Positions 1 through 8,833 of a DNA stretch of 64,000 nucleotides are shown here, piece after piece. The translations under genes were made by a program, and so were the position numbers. The notes below the pieces were generated by a model. The model saw only the letters and a list, made by a program, of their open reading frames with translations. It had not been told where the DNA came from and did no database searches. The DNA is from a virus (taxonomy: Duplodnaviria > Caudoviricetes): the IMG/VR virus record IMGVR_UViG_3300009082_000959. One strand, given 5' to 3'. How positions within the stretch are numbered: position 1 is the stretch's first letter; the number at the start of each line of letters is the position of its first letter.

Positions 1-1
1 G

Positions 2-796
2 CCCCAAGTAGAAATACGCGATTCCGCTGGAACTATTTTACAAGCATCCACAAATCTTGGTGTTGGTTTATCTAACGGCCAAGCAGGTCTTTACTACCTA
101 ATATACACAATTCCAGAAACAGCTGCTGACGGATACGCGGAAGACAAATGGACTGCGGAAATTGGCGGAGTTGAGATAGAAAATACTTTTGAGTTTTTAA
201 TTTCAACCTCTGGTGATGTTGATGATTCGTGTCCCCCAGATTTTACTCCAGGCGATTTAGTTGCGTGGGATTTTTCAAAAGAAGAATCTTATGGAATAAA
301 TATTCTTTTAAGGCTTGTAAAAGCAAGAGTAAAAAATAATGGAACAAGAAAGGTAAGAGAAGGCGATCATTACATAGACATTCCCTGCAATATATTTACT
401 GACGACGAGCTGGTTTGTTTTTTGGTAAATAGTCTATCAAGCTTCAATCAGTACCCACACTTTACTCAATTTACTTTTGCTGATCCCGCCATTTACGGGA
501 TTTTTAGCGAAATAATTACACAGGGTGGTGTGTTATTGGCCCTAGCAGCACAGTCACTAATAGAAAAGGGCAAAGAATTCACAATAACTGATAATGGTGT
601 TGCTTATCAACCACCAATGGTTGCCGATTTGCTTAGCTCGCAGTATAGTGCACAATTAGCAGACTACAAAGAGAAACTCAAAATGATAAAAAACTCAATT
701 AAACCTGCTCCACGTGGTCAGGGCACCTTCAGATCTTTGGGCATGAACCCAAGCTACCTTCGTCTGAGGCACCTTCGATCACATCAAATTGTATAA
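2..796 (+). CDS. 5'-truncated virion structural protein, possibly neck/head-tail adaptor
   Basis: Frame 2 is open from base 2 (PQVEIRDSAGTILQ...) into the tracked ORF 422..796, so the real start lies upstream of the window. It has an Ig-like N-terminal part (YYLIYTIP...DKWTAEIGG) and a helical C-terminal part. The function is inferred from context only. Confidence 0.6.
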   Translation, partial: PQVEIRDSAGTILQASTNLGVGLSNGQAGLYYLIYTIPETAADGYAEDKWTAEIGGVEIENTFEFLISTSGDVDDSCPPDFTPGDLVAWDFSKEESYGINILLRLVKARVKNNGTRKVREGDHYIDIPCNIFTDDELVCFLVNSLSSFNQYPHFTQFTFADPAIYGIFSEIITQGGVLLALAAQSLIEKGKEFTITDNGVAYQPPMVADLLSSQYSAQLADYKEKLKMIKNSIKPAPRGQGTFRSLGMNPSYLRLRHLRSHQIV

Positions 797-813
797 CGAT
801 TTCAAGGAGTTAT

Positions 814-1851
814 ATGACAGACACTTATCACAAGAGACAAAAACAAGCGGGAGAGAAACAGGGTAGGGGAACGGTTTGGTCTGAGGAAGAGTTGAATTTT
901 TTGAGAGAAAATTACAGGGCAGACAAGAAACAGGAATTGATTGGCAAACTTAATAGGCGTTGGCCAGCAATTACGCATATGGCTGGGAAACTGGGGTTTA
1001 AATTCGATAAATCTGGAATGACATATAATGTCATTTGGACTGATGAAGAAGAAACTTATTTAATTGATAATTATGCTTCCGGTGATTTAAAAGAAATTGC
1101 AGAAAAATTAGGTAGAACAAAAAAGGCAATTACTGAAAGAGCGAAATTACTAAAGATACAAAGAGACTACGACATCGTTAGGAAACAGTGCCATCATTAC
1201 ACTATTAATGAGGATTTTTTCAAGGTTTGGTCGGATGATATGGCATACATACTTGGGTTAATTTGGACTGATGGTTGTATTCTTGATAATGATTATTGCG
1301 TAGATATAACCCAGCACGTAAAAGACAAATATATTTTAGAAAAAATAAACACACTTATTGGCAGTAATAGGCCAATCAGGAGAGACAGAAATACATCTGT
1401 TTTTGCTATTAATAATAAAATAATATATGAGGATTTGCTTTCCTTGGGGCTTATACAAAGAAAATCAAAAACTGTAGATGTTCCTATTAATTTACCAAGC
1501 AATCACATACCATCATTTATTAGGGGTGTTATGGATGGAGACGGCTCTGTGAACACAAAAGCAAAACGAATGAGGATTTGCACTGCTAGTAAAAAGTTTG
1601 CAGACGGAATTTGTGGGATGTTGTCACAACTAAACGTAGAACAAAAAACCTATAATATGGCATATGTTTTAAGAGACAGCCACAAGGTCAAAAAACAAGA
1701 TCAGGTTCCCGGTGACATTAAAACAGATTTTTATGTCATAGAGATTATTAGGAGAGATAGTGTAAAAAAATTATATCACCTAATGTATGACAACCAAAGT
1801 TTATATTTGGATAGAAAGAAAGAATCATTTGATAAAATGTGCTTAATTTAG
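814..1851 (+). mobile_element. Free-standing double-motif LAGLIDADG homing endonuclease with N-terminal HTH repeats
   Basis: Motifs YILGLIWTDG and FIRGVMDGDG. Two N-terminal WSEEELNFLRENY / WTDEEETYLIDNY helix-turn-helix-like repeats. SD AAGGAG at 804-809. Confidence 0.9.
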
Positions 1852-1869
1852 CACATTCAAGGAGAAATA

Positions 1870-2103
1870 ATGGCATCCAATACTTTTGCTGGCGGAACAA
1901 CGGATGAGACGGTTGTTTTCGATAAGCCAATAAACTATTTAAATATTTTTGTCGGCACAGGAGTAACATTTGCCGTAAGTCTCGATAAAGGAGAGAATTT
2001 TTTAAGTCTTCCCGTCGGATTTCATAGTTTTTTTATAGGCCATGTTAAAGAAGTTCAAGTTCAGTCTTCTGGAGCTTGGCAACTAATTGGAGTTCAGGCG
2101 TAA
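1870..2103 (+). CDS. Small beta-rich hypothetical protein (possible virion decoration)
   Basis: 77 aa ORF with SD AAGGAG and alternating beta-strand pattern. Confidence 0.7.
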   Translation: MASNTFAGGTTDETVVFDKPINYLNIFVGTGVTFAVSLDKGENFLSLPVGFHSFFIGHVKEVQVQSSGAWQLIGVQA

Positions 2104-2106
2104 ATA

Positions 2107-2289
2107 ATGGAGTTACAAACAATGAGTTATCATGAAATTGAAATAATGCTTACAGCTATTAAAGATTTCATAGATAGTTTAAATGAAACAATTGCTAACA
2201 ACGCAATAGATGACGTAAGAAGAACAAATGAGCAGTATCGTGAGGCAATTAAGTTGGTTGGTGAAATAGATGGCCGCATTAAAAGATAA
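2107..2289 (+). CDS. Small helical hypothetical protein (possibly the N-terminal part of 2270..2728)
   Basis: 60 aa amphipathic helical ORF coupled to the upstream stop (TAAATAATG). It overlaps the next ORF by 20 nt. Confidence 0.55.
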   Translation: MELQTMSYHEIEIMLTAIKDFIDSLNETIANNAIDDVRRTNEQYREAIKLVGEIDGRIKR

Positions 2290-2728
2290 TATAGCAGAAG
2301 ATCTTGCAAAAAGTCTTGAGTCTGCTACACATCTTATGAAGAATCTTCTTGGAGACATAAAAGATAATGCGGCATCAGCAGCGGCAGTTAAGTCAAAGTT
2401 AGAGTCGTTGTCAGATAATGTTGCAACACTATTACACGATAGCAACGGTAGAGGCTCTGTCATTACCAGGCTAACACTGGTTGAAAAAGAAATTGAAAAC
2501 CTAGAAGAAAGATTTGATGATTTTGAAAAAGACACTGCTGATTCTTTTTTAGATATTAAGTCTGGTATCAAAGAACAAAAAAAATTCGAAGAAGCTACAC
2601 TTAGTCAGGAAAAAACCTTCAGGCGCGACAAACTAATAACAAAATTAAAATTAGCGGCAGTAATTGCTCCTGGAACTTTATCATTAATAATATTGGCACT
2701 AAAAGCCTTAACAGGACTTGTTCCCTAG
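2270..2728 (+). CDS. Coiled-coil protein with C-terminal transmembrane helix (holin-like or membrane-anchored)
   Basis: Heptad region (RLTLVEKEIENLEERF) followed by hydrophobic LAAVIAPGTLSLIILALKALTGLVP. Confidence 0.6.
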   Translation: MAALKDNIAEDLAKSLESATHLMKNLLGDIKDNAASAAAVKSKLESLSDNVATLLHDSNGRGSVITRLTLVEKEIENLEERFDDFEKDTADSFLDIKSGIKEQKKFEEATLSQEKTFRRDKLITKLKLAAVIAPGTLSLIILALKALTGLVP

Positions 2729-2736
2729 GAAAAAAT

Positions 2737-2970
2737 ATGAAAGATTTAGATAAATTACAAATTAATTACATAGGGTATAAAGAACCAGAGTCAGTAATGG
2801 AATTGGAAATAGAAATTGCTGGTCTGCGAACGGCGATTGCTTTTGCACAACAGAGAATTGCTGTTTTGGAACAAAGCTTAAAAATCCGCGATCTTATAGA
2901 GCAAAACGGAGCGACGAAACATGAGACGACTATCGATCAGGGAACCGGCGACTCTAAAACGAATAAGTAG
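2737..2970 (+). CDS. Small coiled-coil hypothetical protein
   Basis: 77 aa, heptads ELEIEIAGLRTAIAFAQQRIAVLEQSL, SD AGGA upstream. Confidence 0.6.
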   Translation: MKDLDKLQINYIGYKEPESVMELEIEIAGLRTAIAFAQQRIAVLEQSLKIRDLIEQNGATKHETTIDQGTGDSKTNK

Positions 2971-3436
2971 TAGAGAACTCCCGAACACAGACAAAATAAT
3001 CGCTCTAATGCGCGAGTCTGTAAAAAAAGATCCAGTAATAAAAGAAAAATTCAAAGAGTATGGCGTTTCTATCAGCGAAATAGACGATATCCCTGTTTGT
3101 TTTTGTGATCTTGATGTTTCTGCAAAAACAAAAGATAAGAAAATTTACCTAAATATTGGAATGTTGTTTGACAGGAACATCAATCCAACACATTATTTGA
3201 TTCACGAATTAATACACTTTCTACAACAAAAAACCGGGTTAAATAAAAATGAATCCGATACAGAAGATTATTTGGACAAAGAAAGTGAAAAAGAGGCATT
3301 TCAAGCACAAGTAGATTACAAAAAAAGAGATGAAGGCGAACACGGCGCAGAGGAATATGTCGACGGGTTACTGGATCATCACGGACTTAGTGGCAAAAAA
3401 CGAAAAAATAAGAAAAAAGAATTAATGGACGAATAA
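2921..3436 (+). CDS. Zincin-type metallopeptidase-like protein (HExxH)
   Basis: HYLIHELIHFLQQ with a downstream E (ESEKEAF) as possible third ligand, and a basic C-terminal tail. The start is uncertain because it overlaps the previous ORF. Confidence 0.7.
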   Translation: MRRLSIREPATLKRISSRELPNTDKIIALMRESVKKDPVIKEKFKEYGVSISEIDDIPVCFCDLDVSAKTKDKKIYLNIGMLFDRNINPTHYLIHELIHFLQQKTGLNKNESDTEDYLDKESEKEAFQAQVDYKKRDEGEHGAEEYVDGLLDHHGLSGKKRKNKKKELMDE

Positions 3437-3437
3437 C

Positions 3438-4853
3438 GTGCGAATACCAATTTGTAATTATAATATAGATGCACAGTGGCGTATTAGCTCCGATGGATAT
3501 TTGTATCGAGAGAACACAAATATCGGAATTGGAACAAGTACGCCCGATGAAAGATTGGTGGTAGATGGAGTAGTAAGTTTAGGATACGAATCAACTCCGG
3601 ATATTACAGATTTGCACGGAAAACTGTATGTTAATTCGGCTGGGGAGTTGCATTTCCTTAGTGCAACCCTAGGGGACATAAACTTAAACTCCATTAGTGA
3701 CTACGAACTTGCTTCAGTATCCAACGGCAGGTGGGCCGAACTTAACTCTCAAACTCAGGATTTGCGAACTGCTTGTGATGGGTATGGCGCTCCGGACACC
3801 ACCATAATAGATGCACATTGGGCCGAGCTAAATAATCAAACCCAAAATCTTAGGGATGCTTGCGACGGATATGCCTCGGGCCTAACAGCAGATCTAAATT
3901 GGGCAGAGTTAAATACACAAACACAAGCGCTCCGAAATGCTTGTGACGGTTATAGTGATTTAATAACCGGCATAGAAGATCTGGAAGTAGAGCATTATCA
4001 ACAGCAGAATGATATTCTGGTTACTATAATCAAAGATTTAGATGGTTATGCTTTAGACACCACAGTAGACTCCAATTGGGCAGAACTAAACAATCAAACG
4101 CAGGAGCTTAGAGATACTTGCGATGGATATGCTACCACTATCGCAGTTGAAGCAAACTGGGCCGAGTTAAATGATCAGACCCAGAACCTCAGAAACGCCT
4201 GTGACGGTTACGGCGCACCAGATACCACTACAATAGATGCTCATTGGGCTGAACTAAACAACCAAACACAGCAACTAAGAAACGCGGCCGATGGTTATGC
4301 TCTTGATTCAACTGTGGATTCAAATTGGATTGAAAATATTTCGCAGTCACAGGACATTAGAGACTCCTTAGATGGGTATGCGCTACTGGATGGCAGCAAA
4401 AACTTCGATCTTATTAAGTTTGACCAATCACAAATAAAGCCTGCTGGTGACGGATTAGTTTTGCGAAACTCCGCAGGTGATGGATATATGACTCTTTTAA
4501 CCACCGGTGACCTAGAAATAAACGGTGGCATAAATAATCCAGTTGTTACCTATACACCGGTTGGGACAACCCAAGAAATAAACCTAAACAATAGTAATAG
4601 TTTTATATTAGACCTGGGTAGTGCGGCAGGCAATGTTTCGTTAAATTTTTTTGGTGAAAGGGCTGGATCTAGCTTCTTCATAGTTGTAATACAAGACTCC
4701 GCAGTAGCAGTTGATGTTGTGTGGCAAAACAATGTGCTATGGTCTGATGGTGTTACTCCGGTTATTTCTACTGGTGCTGCGACAAGAGATTGCATTTCGT
4801 TTATTTTTGACGGTAGCTATTTCTACGGTAGCATCGGTAAGAATTTTAGTTAA
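3438..4853 (+). CDS. Fibre-like virion protein with tandem WAELNxQTQxLRxxCDGY repeats
   Basis: GTG start. N-terminal IGIGTSTPDERLVVDG motif typical of trimeric fibres, a central repeat array, and a C-terminal beta domain (VIQD...VVW..NVLWSDG.TP...RDCISFIFDG) common in phage fibre proteins. Confidence 0.8.
   Translation: MRIPICNYNIDAQWRISSDGYLYRENTNIGIGTSTPDERLVVDGVVSLGYESTPDITDLHGKLYVNSAGELHFLSATLGDINLNSISDYELASVSNGRWAELNSQTQDLRTACDGYGAPDTTIIDAHWAELNNQTQNLRDACDGYASGLTADLNWAELNTQTQALRNACDGYSDLITGIEDLEVEHYQQQNDILVTIIKDLDGYALDTTVDSNWAELNNQTQELRDTCDGYATTIAVEANWAELNDQTQNLRNACDGYGAPDTTTIDAHWAELNNQTQQLRNAADGYALDSTVDSNWIENISQSQDIRDSLDGYALLDGSKNFDLIKFDQSQIKPAGDGLVLRNSAGDGYMTLLTTGDLEINGGINNPVVTYTPVGTTQEINLNNSNSFILDLGSAAGNVSLNFFGERAGSSFFIVVIQDSAVAVDVVWQNNVLWSDGVTPVISTGAATRDCISFIFDGSYFYGSIGKNFS
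3732..4379 (+). repeat. Eight 18-aa helical units each ending in DGY, separated by 9-15 aa linkers
   Basis: Six canonical WAELN[SNTD]QTQxLRxx[CA]DGY units plus two degenerate units. Synonymous codons differ between units. Confidence 0.95.
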
Positions 4854-4865
4854 GGTGAATAAATA

Positions 4866-5507
4866 ATGAAAGGTATTATTTATTTGGCAGCTGATACAAC
4901 TAACGATTTACAATATGTTGGACAAACTGTTCGTACACTTGAAAAAAGAAAACAAGGTGGTTATAATTCATACTTTCAAAATGCCATAAATCATCACGGT
5001 GATAAAATAGTATGGGATATAATTGGAGAGTTTGAAGAATCAGAACTGGATTTAATAGAACGTTGTTATATTTATAGTTTAGATACAGTTTATCCTAACG
5101 GATATAATTTTGACAGCGGTGGTTGTAAGCATAAACATATGTCTGAATCATCACGAAAGAAAATGAGTGAATCAAATAAGGGCAAAATAATATCAGATGA
5201 AACCAAACGCAAATTAAGTGAAGCAGCAAAAGGCAGAAAACACTCTGAAGAAACAAAAAGAAAAATTAGTGAGTCACTTAATGGCAAAACTCACACTGAT
5301 GATCGAAAATTAAAAATGTCAATTGCTGATGGTGGTAAATTGTTTTGCGTATATGATTTACAAGAAAATTTTATAGGTTTGTGGATAAATCAAGCAAAAT
5401 GTGCTAGGGACCTAGGATTACTAAGAACATCAATTAATAATTGTCTTAATAATAAAAGAAAAACTCACCACAACTATACTTTTCGATACTTAGTAGAGAA
5501 TAAATAA
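4866..5507 (+). mobile_element. Free-standing GIY-YIG homing endonuclease with NUMOD3 repeats
   Basis: N-terminal GIIY...YVGQT with conserved R, E and NGYN. NUMOD3-like repeats (HMSESSRKKMSES, HSEETKRKISES) and a C-terminal NUMOD1-like HTH. Confidence 0.9.
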
Positions 5508-7820
5508 ATGCTTTATACTAAAAACTTTAATATAGATACTCCAAATCCAACTTTTGAGGTATTTCAAAAAGGTAGCACCAGTGGAGTTGCTAACCTATCT
5601 CGCGATCTCACTATAAACGGTACCACTGTTAGTCCCACCTTGCTTTATTATGGGGGAGATGCTAATTCTACTAATTGGACAGCGCAAATTGGAGAAACTC
5701 TGGTTTTGCAAGCCGGTACAGCACCTAGTTATAACCAAGGCAGTCCTTTGCTTGGTACCAATGACGATTCAGTAAAATTTAATTCTGGTGGATATTACCG
5801 TGCGTCTACTGCTAGTATCGGCGATATTACAACAGAGGATATGGTAGTTGAATGCATTGTCAGAATGTCAGCTTTCCAACCTCTTGTTCTCTTCGGTCAT
5901 CGTACCGGAGCAGTGCCTGGTTGGAAGGTTGCAACAACCACTGCTACTAGACTATTTTGTACAATTGGTTCGGGCACCACACAAATATCAGCTGGAGTAA
6001 CCGGAATTCTGACTGCTAACTGTTGGTATCATGTTCTCTTTTTTCTTGACCGTAGTGGTAGCAGTATTTCATATGTTAATGGGGTAGCTTCTGCTGCAGT
6101 TGATATTAGTGCTCTTGTTGCTGCTTCTCTTTCTACTGATGATCTCTTCACTGTTGGTGCTGCTAGTGATGGTGGGAATGCATGTGATTGTCCTATTGCA
6201 CTTCTAGCAATGTGGAAACAGGCTTCCTGGCTTGATACCCATTTACAAGCAGCATTAGCACTTGAAAGATTTAATAAACTGCTGAACTTAATGCCACAAG
6301 TTGCTTTGGGCACCGCGGCACCAACAGCACAAACGCGGGCAAGCGCAACCCACCTAAACAACGCCGGTGAATTGTATAGGGTTGGTGCAAATTGGCTAAG
6401 GGTAGAAAGCCCAGGTTATTTTTGCGAACCAGCAGCTACAAACAAAATACTACAATCACAAGTTTTCCAAAGCGATGGTGTTTGGACTTTGCTGGACGCG
6501 GGTGATACTTTTGGCACTCAGCTGTGTAACGATGCTGACATGGAGGCAGCAACCACAGCAGCTTGGTCCACTACTAATGGAGCTACTCTTACAAAAGAAA
6601 CCACAACCCCTCATGGCGGCACTAATTGTTTGCGAGTAGCGCGAGGAACCACAAATAATCCTAACTCATATCAAGTAGTGCTAACCGTGGGCAAAACCTA
6701 TTGCGTTACCGGTTGGGCTCGTAGCAATGGTGTTTCTAACCCTTATGTTTATTTGGGTATAGCAACTGGATATGAGTGGGTTGGAACAACATCAACTGAT
6801 TGGCAATATTTTACTTTAATTAGAAAGGTAACTGATACTCGTTTAGCTTTAGCTTCTAACGCGACAACTGGTAATTATGTTGAGTTTGATGATATTAAAC
6901 TATACGAAGTCACAGAAACTGCACCAAATAAAGAATTAGAGTCAAGTGGCTTGGTTCCTGATTCCACCAACGGAATCCACGGATTTACGCAAGCAGTTAT
7001 TCTTACTGCTGTTAATCATACTTTATCTGTGTATGCTAAAGCCGGCGCGCAAAACTGGATATATTTGAGTGATGATACAGTTGCAAATGCTACCTGTTAC
7101 TTTGACCTTGGTACTGGTGTTGTTGGAACTTCTGGTGCTGGTATTTCTCAAACCCATATTGAGTCATTAGGAGACGGCTGGTATAGAGCTGGTATTACTT
7201 TTTTGGGAACTGTAGCCGCGCATACACTAAGCATTCAGTCCGCAGAAGCAGATAATGACGCTTCGTTTGCTGGCAATGGTACCAGTGTTTCTACTTATTT
7301 TTGGGGAGCACAATTAGAACTTGGCAATATAGCAACAAGCTATATCACTACTACTACAGCCGCGGCTAGTAGATCAGCTGATATTCTTACTTTCAGTGGT
7401 ACAGACAACATTGCAGATTCGCAGGGTACCATTTCTTTTGACGTACTGACACCAGATTATACTCCTGAGGCAAATGCAATTTGTTACAGATTAACAAATG
7501 GAGGTGGGGTTACCAATTATATTTCACAATATATCTGTGTACCAGATATACTTAAGGGTATTTCTGCAGCCACAGCAGGTAGTGCTGGCAGTATGACAAT
7601 AAACTCTGAAATCACAGATGGTACGGTTCATCATGTATCTGCCCATTGGGAAACAGACAGAATGTATGCCACTTTGGATGGTGTTCGCTCAGATGTGGAT
7701 ACTGATGTAGACATACCGACCACGCTAAATCAAATTCATGTTGGTCATGGTAACACAGCTACACAACTTAACGGCATTATTTCAAATATAAAAATTTATA
7801 AGAGGCTTGTTAATAAATGA
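5508..7820 (+). CDS. Head-spike/fibre-type protein with LamG (concanavalin A-like) and CBM-like domains
   Basis: N-terminal LamG-like domain (WYHVLFFLDRSGSSISYVNG), CBM4/9-like sandwiches (TNKILQSQVF, YVEFDDIKLYEV, WYRAGITF), FWGAQLELGNIATSYITTTTAAASRSAD motif, and a C-terminal LamG-like domain. Confidence 0.8.
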   Translation: MLYTKNFNIDTPNPTFEVFQKGSTSGVANLSRDLTINGTTVSPTLLYYGGDANSTNWTAQIGETLVLQAGTAPSYNQGSPLLGTNDDSVKFNSGGYYRASTASIGDITTEDMVVECIVRMSAFQPLVLFGHRTGAVPGWKVATTTATRLFCTIGSGTTQISAGVTGILTANCWYHVLFFLDRSGSSISYVNGVASAAVDISALVAASLSTDDLFTVGAASDGGNACDCPIALLAMWKQASWLDTHLQAALALERFNKLLNLMPQVALGTAAPTAQTRASATHLNNAGELYRVGANWLRVESPGYFCEPAATNKILQSQVFQSDGVWTLLDAGDTFGTQLCNDADMEAATTAAWSTTNGATLTKETTTPHGGTNCLRVARGTTNNPNSYQVVLTVGKTYCVTGWARSNGVSNPYVYLGIATGYEWVGTTSTDWQYFTLIRKVTDTRLALASNATTGNYVEFDDIKLYEVTETAPNKELESSGLVPDSTNGIHGFTQAVILTAVNHTLSVYAKAGAQNWIYLSDDTVANATCYFDLGTGVVGTSGAGISQTHIESLGDGWYRAGITFLGTVAAHTLSIQSAEADNDASFAGNGTSVSTYFWGAQLELGNIATSYITTTTAAASRSADILTFSGTDNIADSQGTISFDVLTPDYTPEANAICYRLTNGGGVTNYISQYICVPDILKGISAATAGSAGSMTINSEITDGTVHHVSAHWETDRMYATLDGVRSDVDTDVDIPTTLNQIHVGHGNTATQLNGIISNIKIYKRLVNK

Positions 7821-7861
7821 TTGTTAATGTTCGCTTATACAAGAGACCAACAAGGAAATAA
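7817..7861 (+). pseudogene. Relic alternative C-terminus of the upstream fibre gene (micro-ORF MIVNVRLYKRPTRK)
   Basis: IVNVRLYKRPTRK* aligns without gaps to the real C-terminus ISNIKIYKRLVNK*. It contains the SD (AAGGA) of the next gene. Confidence 0.7.
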
Positions 7862-7863
7862 AA

Positions 7864-8739
7864 ATGATTATACCCGGAAACACAAAGGAATTGGCATCGT
7901 CTGTGCTACTTTCTGCGGACAATTCACCAAAATACTACGGCACTGTTTATGCTTTTGTTTGGCTTGAAGACGCTGATGATGGATACTCTGGAATTTTTTG
8001 GAATGGGATAGCATGGGAGTCTGGTCCAAACACTTTCCCTACGGCCACGCACATAAAGGGAAGTATTTGGTCATACGAGCTTCCTGCTGATGCCACTACG
8101 CTTTACTCTGGTTCTACAATTCACTGGACTATGGCTGATTCTGTGTCGGAGGCTGATATCACCACTGTTTGTTCCCATTATAGTGATTTTGTTGGAGATT
8201 TAACTACTTCGTCCATAGCAGATTCGGTTTGGGACGAGCTACAGGCCGATCATACTACCGCAACGACTTTTGGTGCTATGGAAGCTAACATTCGCGGTAC
8301 TGATGAAGATGACCTTAAACTTATAACTGACAAAATAGAACTACTGCCTGGACTAGATGAAATGGCCTTTGTCAATTGGAATATTGGAGAGAATATAACT
8401 GTAAGATTATTTGTTGGAGATCCTTCTACTGGTAATGGTTTAACTGGGCAATTAAGTTATATCAACTTAAATATTCACCGTGCGTCTGACACAAAATACT
8501 GGAACGGAACCACTTGGCAGGTTGGCGCTTATGACCTTGATATGACTGAATTAGACTCAACAAATCAACCGGGAGTTTACACATACATATTGTCGGGATC
8601 GACCGGAAATACACGAAAAGATACCTATATAGCCTATGCCACAGTTAATAATCCCGGCGTAATAGACAATCAGCAAAATTTCGAGGTGCACGTTTCAAAA
8701 GACAACACAATTAGGGTTTATGAATCCGAACCAAGTTAA
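7864..8739 (+). CDS. Virion structural protein, unknown function
   Basis: Two similar beta modules (IFWNGIAW / KYWNGTTW) around SIADSVWDE...HTTATTFG, a motif typical of phage virion proteins. Confidence 0.7.
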   Translation: MIIPGNTKELASSVLLSADNSPKYYGTVYAFVWLEDADDGYSGIFWNGIAWESGPNTFPTATHIKGSIWSYELPADATTLYSGSTIHWTMADSVSEADITTVCSHYSDFVGDLTTSSIADSVWDELQADHTTATTFGAMEANIRGTDEDDLKLITDKIELLPGLDEMAFVNWNIGENITVRLFVGDPSTGNGLTGQLSYINLNIHRASDTKYWNGTTWQVGAYDLDMTELDSTNQPGVYTYILSGSTGNTRKDTYIAYATVNNPGVIDNQQNFEVHVSKDNTIRVYESEPS

Positions 8740-8760
8740 TAAAGTACTCCGATTTCTTCA

Positions 8761-8776
8761 AAAATCTAATAATATT
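8761..8776 (+). promoter_or_regulatory. Candidate late-promoter motif AAAATCTAATAATATT
   Basis: 14/16 identical to 32733-32748. Both lie in rare long intergenic gaps ahead of structural genes. Confidence 0.4.
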
Positions 8777-8833
8777 CTTAAATAATATGAAACCTTGCCC
8801 GTTTCGGGGCTGATTTCTATCTATTGGTATACA

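Noticed and set aside
3732-4379. Repeat array as CRISPR or non-coding repeat
   Set aside because: The repeats are conserved at the protein level with synonymous divergence inside an open frame. There is no identical DNA repeat-spacer structure.
8797-8810. Small GCCC/GGGC hairpin upstream of the intein-bearing gene
   Set aside because: Only 4 bp with no proper U tract. Too weak to call.
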